A stretch of 64,000 nt of DNA from Octopus sinensis. Taxonomy: Eukaryota. The position numbers and the translations under genes are program-made. The notes below the pieces were generated by a model, which had not been told where the DNA came from, did no database searches, and was given only the letters and a program-made list of their open reading frames with translations. The stretch covers positions 12,958,001-13,022,000 of the forward strand of contig NC_042998.1 of the NCBI RefSeq assembly GCF_006345805.1, read 5' to 3'. This document shows, piece by piece, positions 13,240 to 27,914 of this stretch; position 1 is the first letter of the stretch; the number at the start of each line of letters is the position of its first letter.

Positions 13240-14646
13240 AAGTAGCTTGCTTACGAACTATATGGTTCCGGGTTCAGTCCCACTGCGTTGCACCTCGGGC
13301 AAGTGTCTTCTACAATAGCCTCGGACCAACTAAAGCCTTGTGAGTGGATTTGGTAGACGGAAACTGAAAGAAGCCCGTTGTATATGCGTATATATATGTA
13401 TATGCATGTGTGTATGTATGTTTCTCTGTTTGTCCCCCCAATATCGCTTGACAACCGATGCTGGTGTGTTTTCGTCCCAGTAACTTAGCGGTTCCGTAAA
13501 ATAAATCGATAGAATAAATACTAGGCTCACAAAGAATAAGTCCTGGGGGTCGATGTGCTCAACTAAAGGCGGTGCTCCAGCATGGCCACTGTCAAATGAC
13601 TGAAACAAGTAAAAGAGTAAAGAATTAATCAACCCCTCTTTTTTATTTAATAATTTTTAAGAAAGGCGCGTATGCTTTTTGATTTACCCTCGTATTTTCT
13701 TAGGCGTTGTCATGTATACAACAATGTTGAGTATATAATTCTATTTACTGTTTTGATTTATTTCCTTGAATCCTCAACTCCTCAAGTGTTTGTTGTGAAT
13801 TAAAGTATATGAAAATTCTAAATCAAACTTCCTTGGTTGTCAATTCATGCAGACATGTAGGCAATTTACTTCTAGTAAATCATCTAAATGTCTGCTTATA
13901 AATTACATTAAATTCTTACTGAAAATTAAATTTCATAGGATTTGGCTATTTAACTTTGCACTCTTCAAAACCGTAATACGCGTCATATATACACATATAT
14001 ATAAACACACATACGCGCGCACATACAAGCACACATACACACATGACCGAGCAACCCATTTCTTCTCCATAAGAATTAATACACAATGGTTTAGATAGAA
14101 GCTAAATGTGTCTCATAACTCATTCATTAACTCTGGATAATGCGACTAAATCAATAATTATGACAAAATACTGTTCGCTTAATTTACAGCATTTTTTGTG
14201 ACTAATGAATCTTCTTTGTTTCAATGCGTATAAGAATTACATTTTAATTGTTTAACGTTTTTGAGGCTGAGGCTTATTGTTTCGAAATCACCAACAGTAT
14301 ACCTTGATTTAGAAGTACTCATATAATTGCCAGTGTATAAACATTACATTGATATACCAGATCATTTTGCATATTCAATATAGTATTTCATAAAGCCATT
14401 AACCGGTAATACTATTGAAAATATCATCCTCACTCCCATTTATATGCTTCAATTTTGACGTGCGATATTTATTTCTCAATGTACACTCATAACATTGTTT
14501 TCTTTAGGTCATGTATAACTACTCTTCAACATCTCTTTTGTAACATTATCATCTTAAAATCGTCCAATCGCTCGACTAGTGTTGCAATTGCAGATGCTGG
14601 ATACGCGTTCTGTTATATTTGCCTACGTCTGCCGTATGACATATAC

Positions 14647-15047
14647 TCTCTCTTTTACTCTTTTACTTGTTTCAGTCATTTGACTGCGGCCATGCTGGAG
14701 CACCGCCTTTAATCGAGCAACTCGACCCCGGGACTTATTATTTTGTAAGCCCAGTACTTATTCAATCGGTCTCTTTTGCCGAACCGCTAAGTAACGGGGA
14801 CATAAACACACCAGCATCGGTTGTTAAGCAATGCTAGGGGGACAAACACAGGCACGCAAACACACATATATATATATATACATATATACGACAGGCTTCT
14901 TTCAGTTTCCGTCTACCAAATCCACTCACAAGGCTTTGGTCGGCCCGAGGCTATAGTAGAAGACACTTGCCCAAGGTGCAACGCAGTGGGACTGAACCCG
15001 GTACCATGTGGTTGGTAAACAAGCTACTTACCACACAGCCACTCCTG
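14647..15047 (-). mobile_element. tRNA-derived SINE family A, full length
   Basis: Reverse complement caggagtggctgtgtggtaagtagcttg...gaaacaagtaaaagagtaaaagag with internal (TA)n. Confidence 0.9.
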
Positions 15048-16307
15048 TGAACATTAAAAAGTAAATAGATAATAAAACATCTTAAATTTCATGGAATTTA
15101 TAATTTGACACAGAGGGTATTGTTGTTTAGTATATATAGCAATATTCAGAGACAGCATAAAACGATTGTAATATTTGAAATATTTATCGTCCGATGTTAG
15201 AGGCTGGAATCTAAGTGTATTGAGTGATAATTCTGACATACAGTATGCAGCTAGTGCCATACTCATTGTCAAGGACATTTAATAGGTTTAAAGTAGATAA
15301 GTACTGGCTGGCTAAGAAACCTCTACTTTTCCGCAGTGTACTGATTACACTCCAAGTATCGTACAAAGAATAATAAGGGATCAAGTTCTATATTAAATCA
15401 TTCAGTTGCAGAGTGAACATACATAATCTAATTATCGAGTTACCCCAAATTCAGCGGAACTTCTAGTGGTGATATAGTTCGATGCAGTGAAAATAACGAA
15501 AACTAATTAATTACAGCTTAATCAATTATGATATAAAAGTATAGTTATATTAACATGTGAAATAATAAACCTAACTTATATATGCAACGTAATGTATTAC
15601 CCATACATATGCTGTTAACATTTCTAATGCTAATATGTATTGTTTCGAAATTAGCTAAATATTTAATATGATATTACTACAAGCGAAAACGCTATAATTA
15701 AGAACACTACGATATGAAATAAACACAGAAAGCAAAAATGTGTCAATTTAATACTTTTCTAATTAATGTTTTTTGTTATTGATTATAATTATTGCTTGAT
15801 TTTCCAATGATTCCTAAGTACTTCTGAAAATAAATAATTCACCTTCAATTAGTCAAGGTAATTTAATAAAACAACAGCATCATCAATAATAAGAATAAAA
15901 ATAAGAAAGAAATAAAGGAAAGGAAAAAGAAATATTTAACAACGGCTAATTAACGTTCCTGATGGGAATGTTATTTAATTTGAATTACATTTCACCTTCC
16001 CATACCATGAAGTAAAAATTACGACTTTCTTTCAAAGTACTTCATTTGTACGAATTGTTCGAACGACTTTTATAAATTTATTGAATGAAGAATTTTCCCA
16101 AAAGTGTATTTTGGAAGTAAAGACTTTTATGAAATTTTGGGAGAATTCAAAACGTAAACATTTCAAAAGAGTATTTCTCGGAGAATTGAATTAAATATAT
16201 ATTTTATTGTATTAAGCTGAGACAATTATTATCTGTCTGTTTTTCTGTCAACCGATGAATCTCTCTGTCCCGCTCTCTTCCTCTCCCTCTCTCTCTCTAT
16301 ATATATG

Positions 16308-16340
<33 letters not shown>

Positions 16341-16539
16341 ATACGTGAGTATTTGTGTTTATGCGTATCTGTTTGCTTGTGTGTGTGTGTGTGTGTGTGT
16401 GTGTATACGTGAGTATTTGTGTTTATGCGTATCTGTTTGCTTATGTGTGTGTGTGTCCGTGCGTGTGTGTAAGTCCGAAGATATGATAGTTTGTTATTTC
16501 CATTTGATTCTCAGTTCTTTCATAATTTCCTCTTTGCAG

Positions 16540-16683
16540 TGTCATTAACTCCACTATAAGATATGACATTTATGAGGGAAACCGGCTATTTTCTTTATCA
16601 GACAGCATTGATATTTACTATAATATAATATATAAACATTATATAATATATAATGTAATATATAAACATTACCAATGGCAGTG
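16540..16683 (+). CDS. Candidate exon (VINSTIRYDIYEGNRLFSLSDSIDIYY...)
   Basis: Pyrimidine tract plus tgcag acceptor, 144-nt open phase 2-2 frame, donor gtaaat; the 3' half is low complexity. Confidence 0.2.
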
Positions 16684-18002
16684 GTAAATAATTAAGTTAC
16701 TCGTCTCCAACATTTGAATATTTTAAACTTATTTACAAGATAATACAGCCAGCTGGTGACTGATAAAATTATATAATTATTAAGCATTGTTATGAAACCA
16801 TATTAATAGGTAGACAAATTTACGAAACAACATATCAAACGAGAGGAATGAATTAAAACTAAAAGGTTTATTTATTTAAATCAGGAAAATAAATTAGAAC
16901 AATCATCAAAATAGATACTTATAAGAACAGAGAGACATTATCAGATTAATAAATAAGACTACATTAGAGTGAAGCACTATAAATTTGTCAAAGAGATATT
17001 CTAAGGCATTCCTGAAATTGTATATTTATATTTAGTATTGCATTTCCAGTCATAAAATATTGCTGCCATTTAAGAAATTAGTTGTTAATTGAAGAGAGGT
17101 ACAAAGAAGACCTAGAAATTCAATCAGTGCTTGCCAAAGGAATTAATTTGTCTGATTTCGAAATTGTATACATGTTGCGAAATTCACAGAAAGTTTGAAA
17201 TAACTAGAGTTATATTTGAAAGTAGCAACCAAGTGACAAAGTATGTTTTAGAATATGCTAATATATATTTTATTAATATAATAAATAAGCAATAGACAAA
17301 TTAAATTTAACTCTATAAAACACACTAAATATATAAAATATAACTTTAAATGTAATTACTGTATTAGATATTGTATCATTGAAAAGCAAATTATCTATAT
17401 TTAGAAGGAAAGAAAAGAATCGTTTAAAATGGATGTGAAAAAAGAACACAAAACAGAACAGAAAAAGTAAATTTAGAGATTACCATGGCTAATGCTTTGT
17501 AAGTCCCCGCACAAAATGCTATGGACTAGTATGAACTTTGAAATTCGATCAGAACGACTAGAAAAAAAGTGAGAAAGCGAAAATCTGAATTCTGATGGAA
17601 ATAATTTATTGTAGTTCAAAACGTCTTTAGATATAAAAGAGAGAAACGAGGCAAGATTGATTATGTAATACATTAATAGAAAGCAGTGTCACTATCATCC
17701 ATGAAAATATTGCTCAAAATAGTACACAATATATTCAGAATATGATAGGTTATACACACACATATCCAGAGGGCTATATGTCGACAAGAATATTGGTATT
17801 TTCTGAAAACATTAAACATGACCGCCATATAGCAACGACATAACAATCAACCGAGTTAGTGAAAGCCCGTTTAAATTCGTGAAAAATTTCAAAAAGCTAC
17901 TTACAGTAATTAAAAATAATTACTGTAAGTATTATTACTATAATATAATATATAAACATTATATAATATATAATGTAATATGTAATGTAATATAATGTAA
18001 TA

Positions 18003-18120
18003 TGGCCTGCTCGCTTAGCCAGCGGGGTGGTGTCATTTGGGGGCTAAAACAATGCGAAGCGCATTGTGACCAGCGATGTTTAGCAACATCTGATAGTCTG
18101 GTCAGTCACGTAATCATATG
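18003..18120 (+). mobile_element. Short 5'-truncated retroposon tail with 11-bp TSD
   Basis: ataatgtaata at 17992-18002 and 18121-18131 flanks a GC-richer 118-bp insert that is absent from the paralogous copy at 16615-16755. Confidence 0.7.
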
Positions 18121-18834
18121 ATAATGTAATATATAAACATTATCAATGACACTGGTATATAATTAAATTACTCGTCTCTTATATTTGAATATTTTAAACT
18201 TAATTACAAGATAATACAGCCAGCTGTATTATCTTGTAAATAAAAACCAAAATACTATGTAACTGCACACTTAATCATAAAAGATATCTCATAAACAAAT
18301 CGTAAGCTTCCTGTACCATCTTGAAATGAAAATAAATATGATGAGGTATAGAGGGTCTAATCAACACTTCCTAGTTTCGGCGGGGGAGGTTGAAATTTGA
18401 TATTGTTGTGATGAGTGGTCAGTCTACATCCTTCCATCACTACAGGTTTATAGCTTTAAGTTTATAGTGTGTGTGCGTCCATATACACACATACATACAT
18501 ACACACCCATGCGTACATACATACATACATGCATGCATACATACGTGCATACATACATACCCACATGCATACGTACATATATATATATATATTCTTTCTT
18601 TCCTGGACGCTCAGGAAAGAAGGAAAGAAGGAGGGTTTAACGTTTCGAGTGGAGCTCTTCGTCGGAAACATAGGAGAAGGAAAGATCCAGAGAAGGGAAG
18701 ACAGAGGGAAAAAAATCGCCAACGGTACACACGAGGTCACATTTTATATATATATATGTTAAAAGTTAATATAAACAGCTAGGCGGAATGTAATACCACA
18801 AAGAAAAAAATTAAACATCACAATATATATGTAG

Positions 18835-19218
18835 ACTGTGTGGTAAGTAGCTTGCTTACCTATTACCTGCTTCCGAGTTTAACCCACTGCGTGACACATT
18901 GGGAAATTGTCTTTTACTATAGCCTCGGGCCGACCAAAGCCTTGTGAGAGGAGAGAAACTGAAAGCCTCCCGTCGTATATATATATATATTATATATATA
19001 TATATATATATAATATATATATATATATTTGTGTGTCTGTGTTTGTCCCCCTAGCAGCGCTTCACAACCGATTTTGGCGTGTTTATGTCCCCGTAACTTA
19101 ACGGAAGGGCAAAAGAGACCGATAGTCTAGGCCTTTAAGGAATGAGTCCTGGGGTCGATATGCTCTATTAAAGGCGGTGGTCCAGCATGGCCGCAGTCAA
19201 ATGACCGAAACAAATGAA
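18835..19218 (+). mobile_element. SINE family A (diverged)
   Basis: ctgtgtggtaagtagcttgcttac...ccagcatggccgcagtcaaatgac. Confidence 0.85.
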
Positions 19219-19234
19219 TATATATGTATATATT

Positions 19235-19457
19235 CTTTTTATTATTGCCCACAGGGGGCGAAACATAGAGGGGACAAACAAACACAGACGAAGGGATTAA
19301 GTCGATTACATCGACTCCAGTGCGTAACTGGTACTTAATTATTCGACCCCGAAAGGATGAAAGGCAAATTCGACCTCGGCAGAAAATGAACTCAGAACAT
19401 AACGTAAGGTGAATTACCTCTAAGCATTTAGCTCGGCGTGCTAACGATTCTGCCGCG
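19235..19457 (-). mobile_element. SINE family B
   Basis: Reverse complement gcggcagaatcgttagcacgccg...ttctgagttc...gccgaggtcgaatttgcctttcatcctttcggggtcg. Confidence 0.85.
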
Positions 19458-19495
19458 ACACACACGCACACATACACACATATACACACACATAT

Positions 19496-19552
<57 letters not shown>

Positions 19553-20087
19553 ATATAAAGGGATAGAGAAGGAAAAATAGGGAAAAAAGAAGGCCATATA
19601 CGCGCAGCTAACAACAACCATTTAGACTGCACTAACAAATTATTTTCTTCCTTGTATACACAACAAATACGTGCATACAGAAACATACAATATATACACA
19701 CGCAAAACATATACAGACTGAGACACATACACACAAACACACACGTACATGTATACAAGCATTATTTACATAAAGGCAAGCTTCACACCTTATATTCAAA
19801 ATATATACTTACTCATTGTAAACTTGTATGCTTAAAACTTATAAGCCCTAATTGATATAGGCAGTAATTCAATAAATTTCAATCATATTCACGAGTTTGA
19901 GGTAAAATAATTAGTTACTAGAGTATCTGAATGTATTTTTCTCAGCACATAATTTATTTACATCTTCAAAAACCAATCATGCTGTACGGTTGTATATATC
20001 TGCAGGTGCATTTCACACACACGCATAGACACGTGCGCGAACAAACATGCATTATCATATATTTTTGATTTGAAATTATATTATTTT

Positions 20088-20300
20088 ATTCTTTTATATG
20101 TTTCAGTCATTTGACTGCAGTCATGATGGGAAACCGCCTTAGAGGAGTTTAGTCGAAGTAATCGACTTTGGCACTTATATTTTCTAAGCCTAGTACTTAT
20201 TCTTTCAGTATCTTTTACCGAACCGTTGAGTCGCGGGCTGGAACGTAAACAGTAACGTTGGTTGTCAATCGATGATGGAGGAGGGGAGGCAAAGACGCGA
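20088..20300 (-). mobile_element. 3' half of SINE family A
   Basis: tttcagtcatttgactgcagtcatg... matches 14660-14830. Confidence 0.75.
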
Positions 20301-20392
20301 ATACACACACATACATACACACACACACACCACACGCACACACGCACACACACCACACACACACACACGCACACACACGCACACACACACAC

Positions 20393-20425
<33 letters not shown>

Positions 20426-20465
20426 TATATATATATATACATACATACACACACATATATATATA

Positions 20466-22450
20466 CACTTTCCAATGTAGCACTTTCGCTACCTTATCGT
20501 GGTTTAAGACAAATCTAGGGCATTCGTTCATGATATAGGCAATAGTTTCATCTACTCTATTACAGTTGAGGCACAGCGCAGTTGACTCTCTAACTCGTGG
20601 CCAAAGCTTGGTCTTCCGCTACCAGTACAGTGCTCTCAGACTCTTTTATCATTGTTCCTTTCTTCAGTAAACCCCAACTATGTTTTCCAGCAACTTCTAT
20701 TACGTCTACATGGAATTGATTGCGTTGTCCCCTGTTGCGTAAATCTTCTTCATGTTCTTAATGTACGTCTTCCTTTGTTTTTCCCTTTTTTTTTCTCTGC
20801 TTTCAACATTCCCTCATTTCTAACTGACTCTAGCAAGGTTTCCTTACTTTGGGAAAGATATCTCATTAAGCACTCGGGTTCTATATGTCTTCCACACTTA
20901 TCAGTCCCCTACCTCCATTTGCTCTCTTCATGTATAGGCGATCAGTGTCTGCACGAGGTTGATGGGCTCCATTCATCGTTAGGCGCGTTCTTGTCTTTCT
21001 GTCCAACTCCTTTAGCTCCTCCTCTAACCACTTCAGTATTCCAGCACCATACCAAACTACCGGACGCAAGATATTGCCGAAATTACGTTTCTGGTATTCT
21101 CATTCGAAGCCAATATTTTCTTCAGTCACCGCAGGTAGTCTTTCTTTATCGTTCCCTTCATATTGTTGCGGATTTCTCATTCCATCTGCCCCAAGTATTC
21201 CTTGGTATTTGTATCTGGATCCAGGTTCAATTGCCTTCATCACTTCACGACTTGGCATACATATGACAAGCTTTACTAGTCTCATCAATATTGTAGCACA
21301 TTTTGAAAACCCAAACTCTATCTTAATATCATTCGAGAAAATCTACACAGATAGGACCAGGCTGTCTAATTCTGTCTTACCTTCTGTGAAGAACTTCAAA
21401 CCATTTATGAATAGCAAGTGGTCGAGTTCTCCTTTACCTCTTCCCGGATAATACAACTTTGTCTTCTGTAGTATTTCACTCAAGGGGATTATTCTCAGCA
21501 CAAAGATCAGACCAGACACACAGTGCACCTGGTAGATTCTTCTCTTAATTTTCACCTCTCCTGATACCTGATTCCCTGCTGTGAATTCAATTTACACTGT
21601 TCCATATAAAATTTCTCATGTTTTCTGTTACGTCGTCCATTTCCATTGTTCTTATTATCCAGGTGTGTGGTATCATATCGTATGCTTTACGATACTCAAT
21701 CCATGCCATCTTCATTTTTGTGTGTCTGCTCTTGCATTTTCTGATAATTAGATTAAGTAACAGCGGATTTCTCATTACCTGACTTCTCTTTCGTCTCCCT
21801 TTCAATAGTTAGCATCCCACGTTTTTCTAACTGTCTATACAGTTTACCGGCCAAAGTTCCTGACAATAGTTTCCACAGTATCTGTAGACTCTTTACTGGC
21901 TCAAAGTTTGATGCAAAATTACCCTTTGCAGAAGTCTTGGCACACATCAATGACCTTCCCATTCTCATCCTGCTGGGTGCTGCGCCTTCCTGCAAGCACT
22001 CATCTAGCTTTTGCACTATACTTTCATTGAGCCCTTCAGCTTCTTCAACAAATAACATTGGAACCCATCCGATCTTGGGCTCATCCAGTTTAGAAATTTC
22101 CTTTACTACTGTTGTATCATTTCTGTAGTTATTTTTATTTTGTCTGTCCTATATTTATTAACCTATCTTGGATTTCATGCAATCAATCCGCTTCATCGTT
22201 ATGCTTTACAGGTTGGTCCCAGATCCCACCCCAGGATTCCTAGCTTTCCTCTGCATCTGGTGTCATTGTTACATGTAATTGCCCATATATATCCTGAAAC
22301 AGTTTTTTGTGATTTTCTTCAAACAATCCGTTTTACCTGAATTGTTTTGTTCTATAGTCATATCTTTCAAGTTTTGCTTTGATTATTACTAGATTTAATT
22401 TCAATTCTTCCAATATCACCCTTCATACCTTCATCTCTTATCATATATGT
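20466..22450 (-). mobile_element. Decayed R4/Dong-type non-LTR retrotransposon (RT and zinc-finger region)
   Basis: Fragments TPDAEES..GIWDQPVKHN, LQILWKLLSG, MAWIEYRKAYDMIPHTW, HLLFINGLKFF, ELDRKTRTRLTMNGAHQPRADTDRLYMKRANGGRGL, NECP...HDKVAKVLHW; many stops and frameshifts. Confidence 0.88.
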
Positions 22451-23989
22451 TTTAACATGAACTCGATTTAAATGCATATTACATAAGTAGATGTCGTCGT
22501 ATTATTTCTGTCAATAATTTATACTCATATATCAATCCTTGTTCTGTTATGATACAACTCTTAACTAACTTGAAAAGCGAACTCATTTTCTATGCAAAAA
22601 CGCCCAAAACGCAAGACTAGCACGTCGCTCATTTCGGTGGAATATGAATGGAATATTTAGGTGGAAAACATCACTTATTGTGCCAGCATTGCTTTTTCGA
22701 ATTTCTGTTTAATTATCATAATAGAACGTTCATAACGTAAAATATTTCCGATTAATTTTACTACAATGCATATATTTTATTCGAGAAAAAAATCTCATAC
22801 TACTTTCAATAAAGTTCCATTAGGAATTAGCACTTTGCATTTGGTGCTGGTTTGAATACGTAAACCAGAAAATAATGCCGCGAAATTTTGTATATATAAT
22901 TAAGCTTGATAAGAAACGAAATTACCTGAAAAACTTTAAAATCGATGTAGACAACTCATAAACGGTAATATCCGAGTCAATTTAGTTGTTAACCTCTAAC
23001 TCTATTACAGTGCTAATGTTTCGATGGCTAGTGTATTGTGAACTAAATTTCAGCCAACCAATTTCATAATAACAGTGATTTTATCCGTTTCTTTCAAATG
23101 AAATGTAATTTACTCTTATGAAATCTTTAAACCACAAATAAATGTATTAAATCAGTCACATTACCATTATTTTAATATTAAAGGTATTACATGAAACATG
23201 CGAATTATAACTGTGCTCTCCATTTATTTATTTAACATAATTCCAGTTTAATCTAAATATACATGATTACGTGTATACGCTTCCTAATTTTCAGTATATT
23301 CTCAATACAAGTCTAGATATGTTTCATACTTCATGGTTTTCATACTCCACTATCTAAATTCTAAATATAATTCTAAATGTTATATAATATATGAAATGTC
23401 TTTGAGACACTTAAACCTCATGTATAGTATTAGCGTCGGGAAAATATAAAAACAAAATTGTCGTCAATAAAATATGTCAAAACGTTGAGATATATTTCGA
23501 CAAATATGAAAATAACACAGAGTATTAAATGTTAGATTAAAGCATCTACATTACGTAGAATCTTTCGAATTTTATGGTAACATCAAATTTTATGATGCTA
23601 GATAAAATATTTGTAGTATCAGTCGCTAATAGCACAAAAAATATTTTATATGATGGTCAAAGCCGTAATTCTAACTCAACAGAAAATACATTTCCCAGCA
23701 AAAGATGGTTAATCGCAATAACTAACGTGCAAAAGTATTATATTTCACACATCGTTGGAAAGCATAAGATATTGATTTTGAAACTTATTTGAACTTAAAA
23801 GAATGATCCTGTCAATGATTGGTATTTCTATTCTAAGGAAAATGATATGTGGATCTTATGGGGATATTTTGAGAAGTCTCAGAAAATGCGACATAAATTG
23901 AGACGTCCCGCATTCCAAATTTTTGACAACGTTTGTTGAGTTCCGTTGTCTCACTTTAACTTGGTTTGATAATATATGGACCAGTGTAT

Positions 23990-24760
23990 GACTAGCGCGA
24001 TTCTACAGTCTTTACGTTTGAAAACGGCAGAAGACGAGTTACATATTTTTAATTTCGTGCTAAATTATTTCTGCGAAGGAAGTTGTAAGAACAGCAAAAT
24101 TAATACATTCAGCTTATGGAGACGGTGCCATACTTGAGAAGACTATTCTTAAATGGTTTGTTAGGCTTAGGTGTGAAAATTCTGACCTGGAACATCATAA
24201 AAGTTCAGGTTAGGCTACAGTCGTTGACGATGACTAAATCAACAGAATAATAAAAAGAAATCCAGGTCACATGACACGAGACAACACAGAGATTATCTAC
24301 ATATCTTTTGTGGAAAGACATTGTGTATGGCGAGCTCATTCTGCAAAATTAGACGTCGATTTCAGAGCATTATAGTCCCTAATTAGACTGATTAAAGGAA
24401 GTAATGGATGACAAACATCCAGCATTATGAAACGTTATATCGTATGTTCCCGTGCATAAATGTTTTTGGCTTGGCTAGGTTGTCCTATCATACCAGTCAT
24501 AAATACCTGACCTTGCGCCTCCAGATGACTATTTCGATCCTTACAAAATTATCTGAATGGAAAAAGAAAACTCGTATTCGTTTGAAAACTGTAAACACCA
24601 GTTAAACCAGTTAATGACCCAGAAAGATGTAAGGTCATGGAATGTTTGTATCATGGAGCTACTTCAAAGATTGCAGCAAGTAGTGACAAAAAATGGAATA
24701 TATATGGTTGAATAAAGTTATGTACAAATAACTCGATATTGTTTTTAAATTTTGCTTACA
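23990..24760 (+). mobile_element. Old internally deleted mariner remnant
   Basis: Translated pieces IHSAYGDGAILEKTILKWFVR and PDLAPPD..FRSLQNYLNG..LQQVVTKNGIYMVE; no clear TIRs. Confidence 0.75.
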
Positions 24761-24839
24761 AATGTTATATGAACAATGAAAAGGTAGAAAATGCGATAAA
24801 TATTTTTATTATTATATTTGTTATTATTCTGTCTTTCAG

Positions 24840-24919
24840 GAAATATCTTTCTTTATAGTTTCTATGAAGTATCGTTGAAGAATTCTTACAGTGAAGGAAT
24901 TCTGGTGCTGCATAATTTG
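24840..24919 (+). CDS. Candidate internal exon (NIFLYSFYEVSLKNSYSEGILVLHNL)
   Basis: Strong acceptor ttctgtctttcag, donor TTG|gtaaga; exactly one open frame, which ends in phase 0. Confidence 0.4.
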
Positions 24920-26948
24920 GTAAGATATGTTCCCGACAATTTTTGTACGCTGTCCGAACAAAATTATGCTTGTATATAGTTTAGTTCCCTGGTGTGTTGA
25001 GGATATAGCCACTGCTTTAACTTTAGTTGGTTAGTCTACTGACTGTATGATCCGCACTTAATGCATGCGGGTAAACAGTAGTCAGTATCTTTATTTTAGG
25101 AAAGTCTCTGTCTCTCCTTTATTATTGTTAGATGTTTTATCAAACTTAATTTTAATGTTTAGGTCTTGTAATTGCTAAGTGTATACAAATGCTTGAGTAT
25201 ATTTCGGCGTTCTTTGCGTTAAAATTTCAAATATATCGAAACATCTCCGTTTTAGCTGTGTTTTATATCACAGATCTCTCCGATATTATCTTGCTTTTTG
25301 TATTCTATCCTTGATCACATATATAGGTTATTTTATTTTGACAAGTTATTTTTTCCTCTTTCATGCTTTCGACCTCCTGTTGAAGGTATGAACATTGTGC
25401 AGATTCGTTTGGCTAATTCGAATGTAATTTTAGTTCGAGTGTTTTCTGTCACATCATGCAAAGCGCATTTCGTGAGTCGGTGTTTATATGATGTCCCTTT
25501 CTACAGCTGTGTTCTTGTTTGTTATTATGTATATCTACAAAGGAGAATTTATTGTTACGGAAGTCAATATTCAGTTATATGTGAAGGGTTGTGTTATTGA
25601 TGAGATTTTGACATGGGTTTAATTCGTCAAGTTTTTTTTTTACTCCAGACAATGAAACAATCCTCTTGTTCTCTTTCGTCTCCAAATAATTGCGAAAGAT
25701 TTTCATTGATTTTCAGTGTATGTTTTGTCTTGGCGCAATCATAAATACGAGTCAATACCCATTGTTATATTAAAAGTAAATAAATTTTGAATGTAACGTT
25801 TACGTTAACGAAATGATAAAGTTGTTTAGAAAATGTGTCAGTGTATAACAATATATAGTGACATTCAGCCTTAAGATATCTGGAAATATATTTCAAATAA
25901 ATTTTCTATGTCGAGAAAAAAACCCTTGAGCATACTAGCACATATGTGATGTTAAAAGCTACTACGATTATTGGGTTATAGAAAAGTTTTAGCAGCTTAT
26001 TGAAAGTTGACAAATTTCGAAGAACATTTTTACATTTTTGTCTAGTCGGCAAAAACAAAAATTCAACCGAATTGTATGAATTCAAGAGGAAGTCATATGA
26101 AAGTTATTTTTATAGAAAAAGAACAGGTGTAGAAAATATCTAACGGATATCTAATGGTGATATAATTATTACTATTAATTTAGATGCTAAGGATATAGTG
26201 AGTCAGCGAAAATTCATAAAAATCTTAATGCGCAAGGAAAATTATATTTATAGCAACTATGATATCTATAATTCGTTAGTAGTTTATAAATCTGCCAGTG
26301 TAGGTTGCATATAGAGTGTAATCGTAAATTCCATATTGCAGTTATAGAAAGGGAACAAGAAGTTGATTAATGCTTATCAAACGATGATATTTCTCTGGTT
26401 AAATAGTTGAATACTGTTAGTAATATATTTGTTTTTTTTTTCTGCAAACAATTTGCAAATACATATACTACAAACCTGTTGAAAGCCCCACGTATCGTAC
26501 ACTAAGAAGCTTATGGTGTTGTCAGAAGAGAATGCACGCCGAAAATGTAATATAATTCATTCATTTTGTCACTTTCTTCTATATGTGGAAGTGGTCCAAG
26601 GCTTTCATCGACAATTCATATAGCTCTGAGCGTAATGCATAAGCTAGATAAGGCCATAACATATTCAAATTTGTTTTGTTTTGTTTGGCATCCTGGATCG
26701 TCTTCCGAAATGAGAAGAATTGCTCATCACATCCAGAAATACCGGTGATCTTAACATTTGTAGGTACGTTACTGCTCTTTTTGCGAGAATACCAATATAA
26801 ACATTGTCATTCATATTCAATAAGGATATTGAACTAAACTGATTTATATTCTCTGCATAGGCCTCCTTTGGTTAGTATACGCCTTCTGCTTTACACCAAT
26901 CTTCTTCTAGAGCCTCTTCACGCCAAGGCTTCTTGAGCAGATCTTTTC

Positions 26949-27008
26949 GCAGACGATCTCAATAAGTATGTACCTAATATTAGGTACATACTTATTGCGA
27001 TCGTCTGC
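26949..27008. repeat. 60-bp spacerless palindrome (29 of 30 pairs)
   Basis: gcagacgatc-t-caataagtatgtacctaat|attaggtacatacttattg-c-gatcgtctgc. Confidence 0.95.
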
Positions 27009-27914
27009 AACACCATCAAGAAAGCGGTTAGCTTCGGATAACGGACAGTTTAATAAAATCATTGCAATATGAAAACTATATCACGAGAGAAATTATATTT
27101 GAATTATTGGATCTAAAATATAAATAATCACACACGCAAGACTATCATAGTATTTCTTCTGTAATACATTGCGCTTAAAAATGTTACTTATTTCACGGGA
27201 TAATTGGTGACACAGATACTGCAGAAATTCGTTTCCACATTAACCTATACAGTTACGCTTCCTATTCATATATATGAAAACAAAACGCGTTTCATAGTAT
27301 AACGTGTTTATGAATAAAATTTAAATGCCTATAGTTTATATGGCTTCAAGTTATATTCAATTTCAGTTACATTTACTCTTAATGATCACTATTAATTCAC
27401 ATTTACCATTGTTTGTATCTGAGATATCAATTTAAGTTTAGAAAGCAACAGATCATATACCTTGAGTAAAAAGCGGAATGAAATGTCATACAGTATAAAG
27501 AGAGAACCAAACTATCAGTAGGGTAGTATATCCTTTGGTATGTATTCTTTCAAAAGCATGGCAACGATTTACAACGAAGAGAGACTCTTATACTGGTTTT
27601 TGGTGCAAAATTAATTCTTTCTTGAATCGACGCAGGAAGGACGAAATCACGTGTTCTGGTGATTTTGGTGGTCTCGTTGCTGGATATGAGCAAAAGTTTC
27701 TCTCGTGATATCTCCGTAGTAAAGTTTGTTCTAGCAGAACATCTACGTTAATGTGGGGATATATATTATCACTCGGTATTAATACCTCTTCTGTCAATAA
27801 TATATATATATATAATTAATAATATCAGTGTAATAAAGATTTTAGAAATGTTTACTACCAGTGGACTAGCGTATAGAAAAATTAGTCAATAGAATATATA
27901 TTATTCATATAGAA

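Larger units (their letters stand above)
11198..13623 (+). mobile_element. tRNA-derived SINE family A, split by a 2.0-kb insertion (head 11198-11235, remainder 13255-13623)
   Basis: Joined halves match the intact copy at 14647-15047; aagtagcttgcttac is duplicated at 11221-11235 and 13240-13254. Confidence 0.9.

Noticed and set aside
15180-15480. Protein-like stretches (WNLSVLSDNSDIQY, CTDYTPSIVQR)
   Set aside because: In-frame stops and no usable acceptor/donor pair
20652-21266. 204-aa + strand ORF
   Set aside because: Antisense to the R4/Dong RT; no independent motif
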